Position numbers and translations under genes: made by a program. From Rhizophagus irregularis (Eukaryota), in assembly GCF_026210795.1 (NCBI RefSeq), contig NC_089430.1, positions 124,001 to 188,000 on the forward strand: a stretch of 64,000 bases of DNA, in the 5' to 3' direction. The notes below the pieces were generated by a model. It saw nothing but the letters and a program-made list of their open reading frames with translations. It did no database searches and was not told the origin of the DNA. Numbering within the stretch: the stretch's first letter is position 1; every line of letters begins with the position of its first letter. Shown here one piece after another: positions 13,578 through 26,100 of the stretch.

Positions 13578-14625
13578 CAGTGATATGTCTGGACATATAT
13601 GAAATCTTTAGGAAATATTATTATTTCAAAGTTATACCGATATTTATATTAAAGCTCCTAATGGGTTGGTTTGGTCCAGATTATAGACGGTTCAGATTAG
13701 AGCTAAAATCCGTAAGAACTGAACCAAAAAACCGGCGGTTCAGTTCAGTTTAATCTGATTTTTATAAAAATGCAAAAAATCAAATAGTTGTCCATCTAGT
13801 GATTGTGCAAAGTCGAGCCATATATCATTGGATTTGTCTTGACGAGATGCGTCGAATGGTAGTAAGATCATGTTTTTAGTATCAATAGATCACAAATTAA
13901 CCCACACTAAATAATTTATCAATAATTGGAATTAGTAAGTTATCTATCAGTGCTAGAGATATGATCTTAGCACCATTCCATGTGTCTCAGTGAGACGAAT
14001 CCAATGAATATAAATTCATCTGTGTATGACCACTGGATGGCGAATAATGTCAAGTTTCGCATTTTTTTAAAATTTTCGAGCGTTAAAAATTAAAAATTCC
14101 GATACATGAATTTATTCGTCATCCAATGGTCATACAAATATGAATTAGGATTCATTGGATTCATCTCGATGAGATGAGTCGAATGGTGCTAAGATCATGT
14201 CTCTAGTACCGATAGATGACTTGCTAATTCCAATCATTGATAAATCATTTAGCGTGGGTTAACTTGTGATCTATCAATGCCAAAGATATTATCTTACTGC
14301 CATTCGATACGTCTCGTTGAGACGAATCCAATAATATATGGCTCGACTTTGTACGATCACTAAATAGACGGCTATTCGATTTTTCACATTTTTATAAAAA
14401 ATCGGATTAAACTGAACTGAACTGCCAGTTTTTCAGTTCTAATACCCAAACTGAACTGAACCGAATTTTGAGCCAGTTTTGGATTGGTTCTCCAGTTTAA
14501 CCTGAACCGTTCAGAGCTTTAATTTATATGTCATCACATATAGTAGGAAAATAAAATTTTATTGGTATATCAAGTTTTTAATAGTATATCGGTATATCAA
14601 ATATCAGTATATTGAGGTTAGACTG
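13578..14625. mobile_element. Tc1/mariner-type relic inserted at TA in the hAT transposase
   Basis: CAGT...ACTG ends with TA duplication. Removing it restores HYWAI|SHKFGIMTTLLDPRYK. The TIRs are otherwise poorly matched. Confidence 0.65.
13650..14521. mobile_element. hAT-type MITE
   Basis: TIRs TAAAGCTC / GAGCTTTA, perfect 8-bp TSD ATTTATAT, and GAACCG/CGGTTC subterminal motifs. Confidence 0.85.
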
Positions 14626-15376
14626 TATTGCCCAATAATGTTTCAAACTTTTATAAATATTTTTTTTTAATATTTTCATATACTTCTCTAATATTATCAT
14701 AATTAATTTGATGATCAGTTAAATTTTCTTCTAAATCATCAGAATTAATAGTTTTATCATTAATATCTTCTTCATCCAAATTACTTATTTCTAAAGAATT
14801 TATAAGATTTGTAATAATAAGAACTATTTGACTTCATGTTACATAAGTATTTCCAGAAAAATCTTGAGTTGCCTTTTCAAATGATACTAAAATATTACAT
14901 AATTCATCCAATAATTCCTATTCACTAGTATCATTTAACATAATTTTCTTTGACTTAATACTATTAGCCTTTTCTTTACATATAAAAGAGCAGGATAGGT
15001 TTATATTAAGCTGAAGGATTGCATATTGAAGAAAGATAAGGTGATCCCATACTAGGTAAGAAGAATTCCACCTTAAATTATTAAAATTAAGATTAATATT
15101 ATTAATATTATAATAAAATTTAAAACTTAAAAATTTACCTAGTAGATATATCTTGTATTAGATATAATTGTTCTTCATAACCACTATCTTTCTGCACTTT
15201 AATTAATCGTTCAATTTGTTTCTGAGTTGAAAAAAAATTAATTAACTGTTTTGTATGTGTAGCTAAATTTTCTACAAGCTTTAATCCTTTTCTAATAGCC
15301 AATTGTAAGGTATATACTGCACAGGATAGCCTTTTAATTGGTGCTAATTCACGAATAGCTACTACTACATTGGCAC

Positions 15377-15610
15377 CAGTGTTGTCATGGGATAATGTCT
15401 GAGATATATTACACAAAAAATAAATGATAACCCCTCGAAATTTTTCTATAATAACCTTGTTCGATACTTAGCAAAAATGTTTAGCATCCAATTATACATA
15501 AATATATATAATTTTTGTTGAGTTTTTAAGTTACAAAAGAGTACGGACAGAGTGCGGATATGTCCGGGACAACCAAAAAAAGCTTTGGACATCAAAAATG
15601 TACAACACTG
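15377..15610. mobile_element. hAT-type MITE
   Basis: TIRs CAGTGTTGT / ACAACACTG and perfect 8-bp TSD ATTGGCAC. It interrupts the TDNGAN|VV motif. Confidence 0.88.
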
Positions 15611-16559
15611 ATTGGCACCATTATCAGTTGTTATTGTTATTACTTGATCTTCAATTTCCCACTTTTTAATAATTTTTTTAATAATATGTGCAATTCTTTT
15701 TGCAGTATGTGGTGCTGAAAAATAAATTATCTCAAGCAAAATATCTACTATTTCAAAATTTTGGTTAATCCAAGTTGCTGTTAATCCCAAATAATCATGT
15801 TTTGAACGAAAGGATTACAAATCAGTAGTTAAAGAAATGGATTGAGCAGATTTTAAAAATTGCATTAATCTATCTTTATTATATCCATAACTGCAAGTAA
15901 TCATCTTTCTAATTTTTTTCTCCCCAAAAACCACAAATTTTGGATCCATAATATATATATAATCAATAAAGGTTTTATATATTACAGTAGAAAGTGGTTG
16001 TATTGTTAAAAGAATCCATCGCAATGTAGATTCTTCTTTTTCTTTTTGCTTATTCTTATTTTAAGTAGTTCATACAGGTTTTGATTTAATTTTAGCAGAA
16101 ATGATAGTTTCTGCACTACTAGGTGGTATGAGACCATGTTTAATAATATGACTACTTAAATTATCTGTAGATCCATCATACTTGTAATTTTTTGTGCATT
16201 TTTTCCCATTTTCCATTTCAAACTGACAATATGCACATAATCCATCTTTTTCATTTAGCTTTTTAATGAAATGATTCCATACACAACTACTTTTTGTTTG
16301 TGATTTATGCTGAATTGCAGGAGAAGCTGATGTTTGAGATGCTGATTCAGGATTTCTTATTTCATATATTTGAACAATTTCACTAATAGCTTCATCACTA
16401 GATTCTTCATTTTGAGAGTCATTTGAAGGTAAAATATAGCTATTATCATCTGCTATAGTTAGTATTTGAAATTTGGGTTTAATATTTAAGATATGAAATG
16501 AAATTATAATAAAAAAAACTACTAAGGTCTAATTACAGTGTATTTATAGTGTTTTTTCC

Positions 16560-17150
16560 ATAAAATTATAATAAAAAAGCCACAAATTTTTATTAAAAAG
16601 TCACAAGGATTCACTTAAAATTTATATTTAAAAAGAGTTATAAACTGTAAATTTTATTAATAAAGCTATTAATTTTTATTGACAAAGCCATAAATTTTAT
16701 CAGAAAAGCCATTAAATTAATAAGGCCATTAATTTTACTATCAAAGCTATTAATAATTATTAGCAAAGCCATAATTTTTTGTTAATATAACTATCAATTT
16801 AAATTAACAAAGCAATAAATTTTTATTTAAAAAGTTTAAAAGCCATAAATTTTATTAAAAAAGTTTTATAGATGTTTTATTATACAAAAGCTATAAATTT
16901 ATTTAAAAAGTCACCATGGTATTTATTTAAAGCTTTAAAGTTTATTAAAAAAGCCCAGATTCTTATTAAATAAAAGCTATAAAGTTTATTTAAAAAAGCC
17001 TAAAGTTTATTAAAAAAGTCTGGATTTTTATTAGATAAAAGTCTTAAAATTTATTAAAAAAGCCTAGATCCTTATTAAATAAAAGCCATAAAGTTCATAA
17101 AAAAAGCCCAGATTCTTATTAAATAAAAGCCATAGTGTTTATTTAACAAA
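16560..17150. repeat. Degenerate ~20-25-bp minisatellite in the hAT subterminal region
   Basis: Repeated TTTATTAAAAAAGCC(ATAAA)-like units. Confidence 0.7.
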
Positions 17151-18366
17151 ATCACATATATACTGTATTTTATTAAATATTAATCATACATAAAGTTTAA
17201 TTAAGTTGTAAAAGTTACAAAGTATAGCCATAAATTCTAAAAATTAAATTGATATTAATATTAATTTAATCAAAATTTCATAAAATATTTGTTAAAATTT
17301 TTTGATAATAAATATGTTGGAATGCTATTTGATGTTTATTATATGGATCATCAACTAGTCCGCAGTCAAAAAAAATTTTATATGTAAATCCAATCTGGAT
17401 TTCGATTTCCATCTGAATTATCTGACCTAGATATTAATCTGGATCAATCCAGATAGAATCTGGATTTTTTTTTTGTGTAATCCAGATAATAGTTTACATT
17501 TGGATCGAAGCACTAAGTATGACACCTTAATTATTACATAATTTAATTACATAATTTTAATATAATTCTTTAATTTTTGTATACTATATTATTAATATGT
17601 GATAATTTGAAATTTTGGCTAATCACCAGACAAAAATTGATGGCCAGAGCCAAATATGCAAGGCTGAAACTTAAAACTTTACATAAACATTTCTTTTATT
17701 ATATATAATTTACAAAAAAAATAATATAGGGTTTTAGCTTATAATACAGGTTTTTTGCTTATAGAGAATTTAGCTAATTATTTGTTATTAATGGACTTTT
17801 AATAAAAGAACAAATCCTTTTGTTTAGATTTTGGAAATATAAGAGTAAATTATTTATTTCATATTTTTTTACCATGTATTAAGTAAAATTTTTTCCTGTT
17901 GTCTGTTGATAAATAATACAGATGGTATTTATATTATATGATAAGACTAAATAAATGATTAACAAATGATCAACAAAATTGTGATAAAATAGGGATATCC
18001 GCTATGCTTAAGGCAGATCAGTCAGATCACGGATTTCCAAAAATAACAGATGACAGATGATGAATTATGTGATTATTCAAGTCTAAATAATGAAAGATTA
18101 TTATAAATTTATTGAAATAGGTAGAGTTTTTTCAAATTTATTCTTGTTAACATTAAGTACTTTTAGAAGAGTTACAGTACCTAAAAATTTATTTACAGAA
18201 TTTGGCTTCAGTTTGTGATGGGTTTTATTATCATTGATTTATGGAATTGTTAATAAATAAAACTTTGTTATTTAAAATAATTTTAAGTACATTATCTAAG
18301 TTACATTAGGACTTCAAAATTTATTTAATTCAAAGAAAATTACTTACTGTTTTGCATTATCATTGT

Positions 18367-18917
18367 TTAAGCTGCCGTCCGAAATTATTTCCTAATTCCG
18401 AAATAATTTCGGCCAGAATTTTGTTTCCGAAACTAATTCCGAAACCCAGAAATCTTTCCGAAACTCCCGAAATTGTCCGAAACTTCTGATTGGCCTATTA
18501 TAAAATCACATGACTTTATAAATTTGCCAAAATTATAACTGTATTCTAATTCCATAATTCTGGCTCCGTAACGATCTTCCTGACACATGTGGTTTCGTTT
18601 TAGGCCTATGTTCACTTTGTGTAACATTAGTGCATAAAGACGCATAATTGCCTTATATGGTATATACGTTACACAAAGCGAACATAGGCTTAAATCGAAT
18701 CTACACGTGTCAGGAAGATCACTACGGAGCCAGAATTATGGAATTAGAATACAGTTATAATTTTGGTAAAAATTTTACTTTGGTCACGTGATATTACAAC
18801 AGCCAATCAGAATTTCGGAATAGTTTTGGCATTTCGGAATTAAGTATTTTTCCTAAATTAATTTTACCATTTTGGTTTCGAAATGGTAAAATTCCCTAAT
18901 TTTGGGTGGCAGCTTTA
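18367..18917. mobile_element. Foldback/MITE element with a long internal palindrome
   Basis: Termini AAGCTGCC / GGCAGCTT, TTCCGAAA subterminal repeats, and inverted arms of about 100 bp across ~18520-18770. Confidence 0.75.
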
Positions 18918-19406
18918 TATTCATTGTTGTATGTAGTTAATTGGTATCAATATTGTTGGGATGAATTTCAAACGTTATAGATATATTGTTGGAAATGATT
19001 ATGTCTATTTAATATCTTGTTATAAAGTTCAAGTACTATACATAGATTTACTTTTATTTTTTGATGGTTATTAAAACAAATCATTTTGAAGTTAGGATTG
19101 TGCATATACAATAAGTAAATGGAGCTTTTAAATTCAAAATATTGAAAATTTTAAATGCATTAAGTAAACAAAATTTATTTCATAAATTTCATAATTAGAT
19201 TTTATTTATATATAATATCTTACAAATGAATAAACATCTTAATCTTATTTTTTTTTAAATTGTGTAATATATAAGGAATAATTTGCTTACAGTAATTTTC
19301 ATAAAATATTAAATTTTGATTAAATAAATAAAAATCTTAATTTGAATAATCTTTGGATTGATTATTTGATGAATTGAAATCATTTTTTAGAATGTCAATT
19401 TAATGA

Positions 19407-20792
19407 TTAAAAATCAAAATTTATGTCATAACCAATGATCTTCCATTCAATCATCAATTTACGCTTTCTAAATTTTTTTTGAATACAATGAATTTTAAGT
19501 CTTGGATCTTCATTTTGTGAGCAAATAACTTGACAGTTAAGGATATCTTTTTCTTTTTTATCATTAACTGTTGCAAAGACACTGCATTCAGTATCTTTAT
19601 GTTGAAGAATTTCTAAAATATTTTTTGGAATGTTTAATTTAATAGTATGATGAATTCTAGGATGATGACAAAAAATTGAAAACCCAAATCCTAAAGTATA
19701 ATATTTAGTATTTGTATAAAGAATTTTTTTTCCAACTAATAATAGAATTTGTTTACGTAGTTCTTCAGGTAAAATTTGAAAAACATTAACTGGATCTTTA
19801 AATTTTATACAACTCCAACATTTAAAATCATTTAAAGATTCAACCCAAACTGGCTCATCAAAGTTGCTAGAACTAAATTGTTTTCCTCCAAATAATTTAA
19901 AACTTTGATATTTAGAAGAATTGCTTGTATTTAAATGTCTTGAAGATTTTTTTCCAAATTCCATATTTAATACCTGAGCACCTATATTTGCAGAATATTC
20001 GCCAGAATTTTTTTTAGAATTTTTTTCAGAGTTTTCATTTGCAATAAAGCAAGCTTTTCCACCCAAAATAATTTCTTTTGGAATAAATTTACCAAAATCA
20101 TTTATGATATCCTTAAATTTTCTAGGATCTTTAGAATCTATAACATCCTTTATTGCTTCAATAAACTCTTTAGTTGGTTCTAATTTAAGTCTTAAAGACC
20201 TTTTTTTGTATTCAATAATATTATAATTTAAACTAGTAGCAACATTAGAATTTTTGGTGTTTGAATTTTCAATCGATACTCCTAATTTTGCAAAATTTGG
20301 TATATCAATATCTGCAATTAAAAGACGATCATTTTTTATATGCTTATCCTCGTCCGAATTAATTTGAATTTGACTTTTTTCATATCCATCATCAATTTCA
20401 TCCATTTCACAATCCACTATCGTGAATGCTCTACTCTTGGCTCTTTCTAAAGTTACACTACGCCCATATTCTAGTTTATTCTTATCTTTAAAAAACCTCC
20501 AATCGGGTTCTGATAAATATAAAGTTTTACTCTTTTTGTCTATAATTTTTTCTAAAATAATCTTTACTTCATCTTCTCTTGCTATTACGGCTAACAAACT
20601 TCCGCCAGTACTACTATTATTATCAGTCATCATCGCAAATGAAAATGTATCGTTCATTTTGACTTCACTAATTTTTTCAAGCTTCTTACGAACTTCTGAT
20701 AAGCTAGCTTTAAGATTTAAATTGACCAATACAAGTTTTGACAGCATTTGAACCGTTATGATAATGTCATCTTGAACATCGGTGGAATCCAT
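19407..20792 (-). CDS. MACPF-like domain protein, probably C-terminally truncated by a frameshift
   Basis: Intronless ORF starting MDSTDVQDD. It has a ubiquitin-like N-terminus (LNLKASLSEVRKKL) and the MACPF-type signature FGKFIPKEIILGGK. Degraded coding-like sequence continues past the stop. Confidence 0.65.
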   Translation of the reverse strand: MDSTDVQDDIIITVQMLSKLVLVNLNLKASLSEVRKKLEKISEVKMNDTFSFAMMTDNNSSTGGSLLAVIAREDEVKIILEKIIDKKSKTLYLSEPDWRFFKDKNKLEYGRSVTLERAKSRAFTIVDCEMDEIDDGYEKSQIQINSDEDKHIKNDRLLIADIDIPNFAKLGVSIENSNTKNSNVATSLNYNIIEYKKRSLRLKLEPTKEFIEAIKDVIDSKDPRKFKDIINDFGKFIPKEIILGGKACFIANENSEKNSKKNSGEYSANIGAQVLNMEFGKKSSRHLNTSNSSKYQSFKLFGGKQFSSSNFDEPVWVESLNDFKCWSCIKFKDPVNVFQILPEELRKQILLLVGKKILYTNTKYYTLGFGFSIFCHHPRIHHTIKLNIPKNILEILQHKDTECSVFATVNDKKEKDILNCQVICSQNEDPRLKIHCIQKKFRKRKLMIEWKIIGYDINFDF

Positions 20793-21620
20793 ACTATATA
20801 TTAATATCTCAAAAGCTATATAGTTCGTTTTTTGTTGTACTATTAACACGTGATAATATGTTTATGTGTCGTGTGTAACAAGAATATCCGTTATTATTAT
20901 TTTTTTAAAATGCACCATTAATTTTTACCAACCCGGAAGGTTAAAGTGAGTAATCCGTGATCGAATAAATTTGGTGGAAAATGAATGAGAAAAAAAAGAA
21001 AAATAAATAAATAAATAAATAATTAATTAAAAAACTTTTGAAAAAAAAAGAATCAGATCGTGTTTCAAAATTTTAAAAGAAAAAAAACTTTTTTTGTTGA
21101 GAAAAATAATTCGAAAAATAAATCTAATCTGAATTAAAAAATATAACATAAAAGAGAAGAATTATAAATGAAGAAAGAGACGACACCAGAATATAATGAA
21201 ATAATATACTTATATACACCAACGATGCAAGAAAGATATCAAAATAGAAAAAAAAAAATTTATGAAAAATTGAGAATAATGACTAAGAAAGATTTAATTT
21301 AAGGGCAATAAGATATGTTTTTCTATTTTCTATTTCACAAAATTTTTTTTTTTTTAAAAAAACGGATTTGTCCTCCTTATATAAAAAAAATTTAATTTGT
21401 GGTTTAAAGTAATTTATATTATTAAAGGTTCTTATGTAAATCATTTTAAGAATTTTATAAGACCATTTGGTGATAATAATACACGGTTGATTAATCACTG
21501 TTGATTAACCACTGTTGATTAACTACGGTTGATTAACGGTATTATAAATTTAACCAATTAAAAGAAGTGTTTTTAGTCACATGACCGATCTTCTGATCCC
21601 AATTAATAGGTGTCTATTTA

Positions 21621-21705
21621 GAAACATTGGACTATTAGAAACATTGGACTATTAGAAACATTGGACTATTAGAAACATTGGACTATTAGAAACATTGGAC
21701 TATTA
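21621..21705. repeat. 17-bp perfect tandem repeat x5
   Basis: (GAAACATTGGACTATTA)5 with no spacers. Confidence 0.95.
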
Positions 21706-23020
21706 TAGGAAACGGAAACCGTTGTATGTCCAGAACAGGGACGATGATTTTATTTATTTACATAATTTCACATCAAACGAATAATCTAAGAGATAATCCA
21801 TAATCCACATCATTAAATCGCATAATTCAAATTTTCCTATTAAGAACACATCAGTCATCAGAATTGGTTTTTTTTTAAAAAAAAATGCTTTTAGTATCTT
21901 AAATAAATAAGATTTATAACAAAAATAATATTGTTATATTAACTGTTAAATAATAATAATTATTAAAACAGTTTTTATTAAAATTAATAAAAACGTTCTT
22001 CTATTGATAAAAATAAAATAATAGCTTTATTAATAAAGAAAATATCTTAGTGAATAATATGACGGATTATCTAATCACCGTCAAAATTGACTATGTTTTT
22101 TAATATTACAACCTTAAATTTTTTAATGAAAGATAAAAAAATAATTTTTGTTAAAGAAGGGACCAACCAGAGCCTGCCCTAGTACTACTATGAGCCAATA
22201 AACGTGCAACACACTTCGTGTCGCTTATATGAGAAAATATTTAGTGGTTTTTCACTTCACAGAAAAATTTCTATTTTTTTCTTTTTACTCTTTATATGCG
22301 TTCTTTGGACGTCAATCTGATTTAGAGTTTATTTATTTAATGAACGTTTTACATTTTATAATAAGGTTTTCGCTCTCTCGTATGGCATATTCGATAAAGA
22401 TACAAAAATATGCAAAGTAGAAGAATTCTTCAAAGTAACGTAAGTGCAATCATTCATTTTGGCCATTTTAATATATCATGGATTATATCATTTTTGAGAA
22501 ATTTTGAAATTTTAAAGTTATATTGAAACGTACGAAATTATGTTTTTTTTTCGTCATGCATTGGCATGATCACGTGTTAAACTAAAGAAAATAAAAATAA
22601 TTAAGAAACATATTAATTAGTGAAATTTATATCGTTCTGTTGAAAAAATTGGTAGCGTGCTACGGAGTCATTTAACTTTTAATTATATTTTTTGAGCCAT
22701 TATTATGTATTTTCCCTCTATATAACACATTAAATAATATTTCATGAAATTACATTTATGAATTATTCAAATAAACATTTTCTGCTAAAGAAAGCGTCAA
22801 ATACTTTATAGTTATGAATTGGGAATGAATGTATGGATTATTTTATAAATTATATTTTAAAGACTTCATTTAAATAAATTTATTTCTATTTTTTAAAATT
22901 AATAAATTACGGTCATATATTGACTGCCTCAGTAACATTCGAAATTATTATTTTTTTTTTCGAGATAATTAATATAACTAAATAAATTAATATCGCCTCC
23001 CCCCTGGCCCGGTTAAACGA

Positions 23021-23197
23021 TATTGAGTATGATATATACCTCCGATGTTGTATAGTATAGTTGACGAAAATCTATACAGTATAGTTTTTATCTATACAGT
23101 ATAATTTTTTATTTATACAGTATAGCTTTTATCTATACAGTATAGTTTTTTTTACACTATACTATACAACATCGGGAGGTATATATCATACTCAATA
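23021..23197. mobile_element. MITE
   Basis: Inverted repeat of about 41 bp (TATTGAGTATGATATATACCTCCGATGTTGTATAGTATAGT) around internal TATACAGTATAG repeats. Confidence 0.7.
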
Positions 23198-26100
23198 ACT
23201 ATATTATCCCCCTGGCCCATCCAATAATATAGTATTTGTAATAAAATGAATTTTATGTTTTAGCAAGATCTTCACGAATCGTTTTTAACCAATTCTTTTT
23301 TAACAAATAATCGATTATTACTTAGTTTAGTTCATTTTAAAACCATGACAAAGGATATTTTTAGATGAACCAAAAATGAATTACAAATAAAGAAAAATAT
23401 AATAAAAAAATGTTCCTAAATATTTTTTTTTTATTATCAAACATCACAATATTAAATAACAGTTCTGAAACGATTTTTTTTATTTCATTTATTATGATTG
23501 AACGCCAAATTTCGCAAGTTAAACCAAAATAATATTTAAGATCAACATGAATTTTTTCGGCTGGGTGTTGTTAGCCGAAAATTTACTGCGTCTTCGGCCG
23601 AATTTTTCGGCTAACTACACCATTATAACCATTATAAGAAAAAAATTCATTGTTTATTCCTTTTCTTTTTATTTCAATTAAAAAAAAAAAATCTATTCAA
23701 AAATGTCATTAAAATTCTTTCTTTGTTATTCTTCTTTGATTAAAAATCCTTTTCTTCTTTCAGAATACAAAGTCGCATGAAATCAGAAAAAAAAATCAAT
23801 CAAATTACGCTTTCGTAAAATATTATCGGAAGATTAGAAATAAAAAGGGTTTGCAAAAAAAATTTCCCAAAATAGAAATTATTCATTGTATTATTCATTA
23901 AAAAAAAAAAAATTTAGCCGCATCACTTTTGCTAATTTTCATTGTTTAAAAAAATTTTTTTTCTTTTCGTTGTTTAATAAAATCCAAAATTCTTTCCTTT
24001 CGGAATGAATATTTTTGCCAAACATATTGATTCTATTTTTACCAAAATTTTATTACGATTATGTTTATTTATTATGATAATTAATTTCCAAAAACAAAAA
24101 ATGAATAAGTTGTAGTGATAACTGATTTACCACAAGGATTACTATATATATCATAAATCATAAACATGACTGTTTATTTATAATAAAGTGATCAAAATTT
24201 TGTATATCACTAATTATAAAGTGACCAAAATTTGTGTATCGCTATTATAAAGTGATCAATAACATACGTGAAAAATGTCCAGTGCTTACATAGAACATAT
24301 ACAATAAGTTCCGTTCTTTAATCCCTTTTTTGAACTTTTGAATAATAATAGAACAGTGATTATTTTAAAATTAATTTCGATATATGGTACATTTTAGGAA
24401 TTTATCCTCATTATCCAAACATTTTCCAGACGTTTTCTAGGAAGGTTCCTCAAGTGCTTCACTTTCCTTTCAATTGGTAATTTTGATGATTGATTCTTCT
24501 GCGCTTGATTCCCTTTGTAAAAACATCAATGGATGATCACTATATCTGTTGGATCCGAACAGTTTAATATCGAAAAAAAAATTATTTTTATTACTGATAA
24601 AAAAAATAAACTATTGGCTTTTTTTCATCCAATCATTTAGCTCCATAAATAATGCAATATCTGAAATACATAATACTATTGACGGGAACCGTTAGAAGGT
24701 CCGAAGCGAACATGATTTTAGTATATTTCTAATGTTACATTTTTCGGTATAATTGATAACGAATATTAAAATTTTCTATTCATAATTTTAAACAAACATA
24801 ATAAATGAATGAATAAAAAATATTTATTTTTTTTTACTAAATTCAATCACCTAATTTAAAGCAAAATACACGAGAAACATAATACAGTTGCCGGTAGATG
24901 TCTTCATGATTTTTTTTCTTATATCACCTTACCCTAAATGGAACCTTAGGTCTGCTTATTTAACCAAATATCATTAAGCATCTTATGTCCGTGTATATGA
25001 AGATCATTGATCGTGTGCATAAACAGACACGATCTAGTGAACATTGTAACACGTATAGTATATTATCTTCAGATCCGTTTTACTATTTCTTTTCTCCTTA
25101 AAAAGCCAACAGGCCATGCTAGTGCCACGCTCTTTTGTTGGAATTAGTTATGTGCATATAATTAGTAATGCAATAACATTTTTTAATATATGATTAGAAA
25201 GAACTAGCTGTAACCTGTTGCGTTGCAACAGGTTTAATAAGTTTCTGTATTTAAGTAAATTAGATACATTCAGTGGTAATATAAATAAATAAATACAATG
25301 AAAAACGAATAACAAACAAAAAAAAAATAGCAAAAAGTTTTTTTGGGTTAATTATTTTAATAATTAATGAGTAAATAAAAAAATGAACAATAAAAAAAAA
25401 TTTCAGCTTAAAGAAATCGAAAAAATAATATATTTTTAAAAAAAATTAAAAAAAAAACACTTCGGTTTAAAACCAATTAAAATCAATTTTTTTTTCAGGT
25501 TGAAAAATAAAAAAAAAATAAAATCAATTTTTTTGTTGAAAGAAAAAAACGACGATGGGTGAAGTTTACTCACGTGATTTATTGAGTGTCACATATATTA
25601 TATGAATATTTATTCGTCACTAAATTAGTTGTCACGCTAGCGACTCCAAGAGTCGCTGGCGTGAAGTTTTACTCACGTGATTTATTAAGTGACACTTAAA
25701 AAAAATAATAAAATCATTTTTTTTTGGTTTAAAAAACTGAAAATAAAAACATTTTTTTTTGGTTTGAAAAAAAAACCAAAAAATAAAAACTAGCTTTCCC
25801 GATTTATATGAATAAAAAAAAAAATATTTAATAAATTTCCCAATTTATAAAAAGAAAGCCCGTTCTATTTTACTGCTGTTTTCATAAGACCTGAAAATAA
25901 ATTTTGGGCGAGTCGGCGGTCGGGTTCAAAAATTTATTTTGTCCCAGGTCAGCTGTAAAAAAAAATAAATATCGGCACGCAAGTTTTGTGGGCGCGGTTT
26001 GTGTCGATCTTCGCCATATAAGGAACAAGTGACATTTAAGTGTCACTGATCACGTGCAGCCACGAGTTCAAAAACATTAAGTATCTGAGGGACTTTTTTT

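Larger units (their letters stand above)
6370..16460 (-). pseudogene. hAT transposase pseudogene, fragmented by insertions
   Basis: BED finger near 16130-16290 (VWNHF...CAYC...C...LSSHIIKH), ISLTTDL, TTDNGAN, DISTR|WNS across an intron, LLDPRYK. The dimerisation domain NPLDWW*AK|CEIFSILSLLAEKYLGIPATSVSSECFFSDAG rejoins in frame once the 6647-13177 insert is removed. Confidence 0.92.
5724..17515 (-). mobile_element. hAT DNA transposon, formerly autonomous, inflated by nested insertions
   Basis: TIRs TAGTGCTTCAATCC (5724) and GGATCGAAGCACTA (ending 17515). 8-bp TSD agtatggc/agtatgac (7/8). ATCCGG/ATCTGG subterminal motifs and hAT transposase fragments inside. Confidence 0.9.

Noticed and set aside
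21621..21705. CRISPR-like array
   Set aside because: Perfect head-to-tail 17-mers with no unique spacers, no cas genes, and a eukaryotic context.
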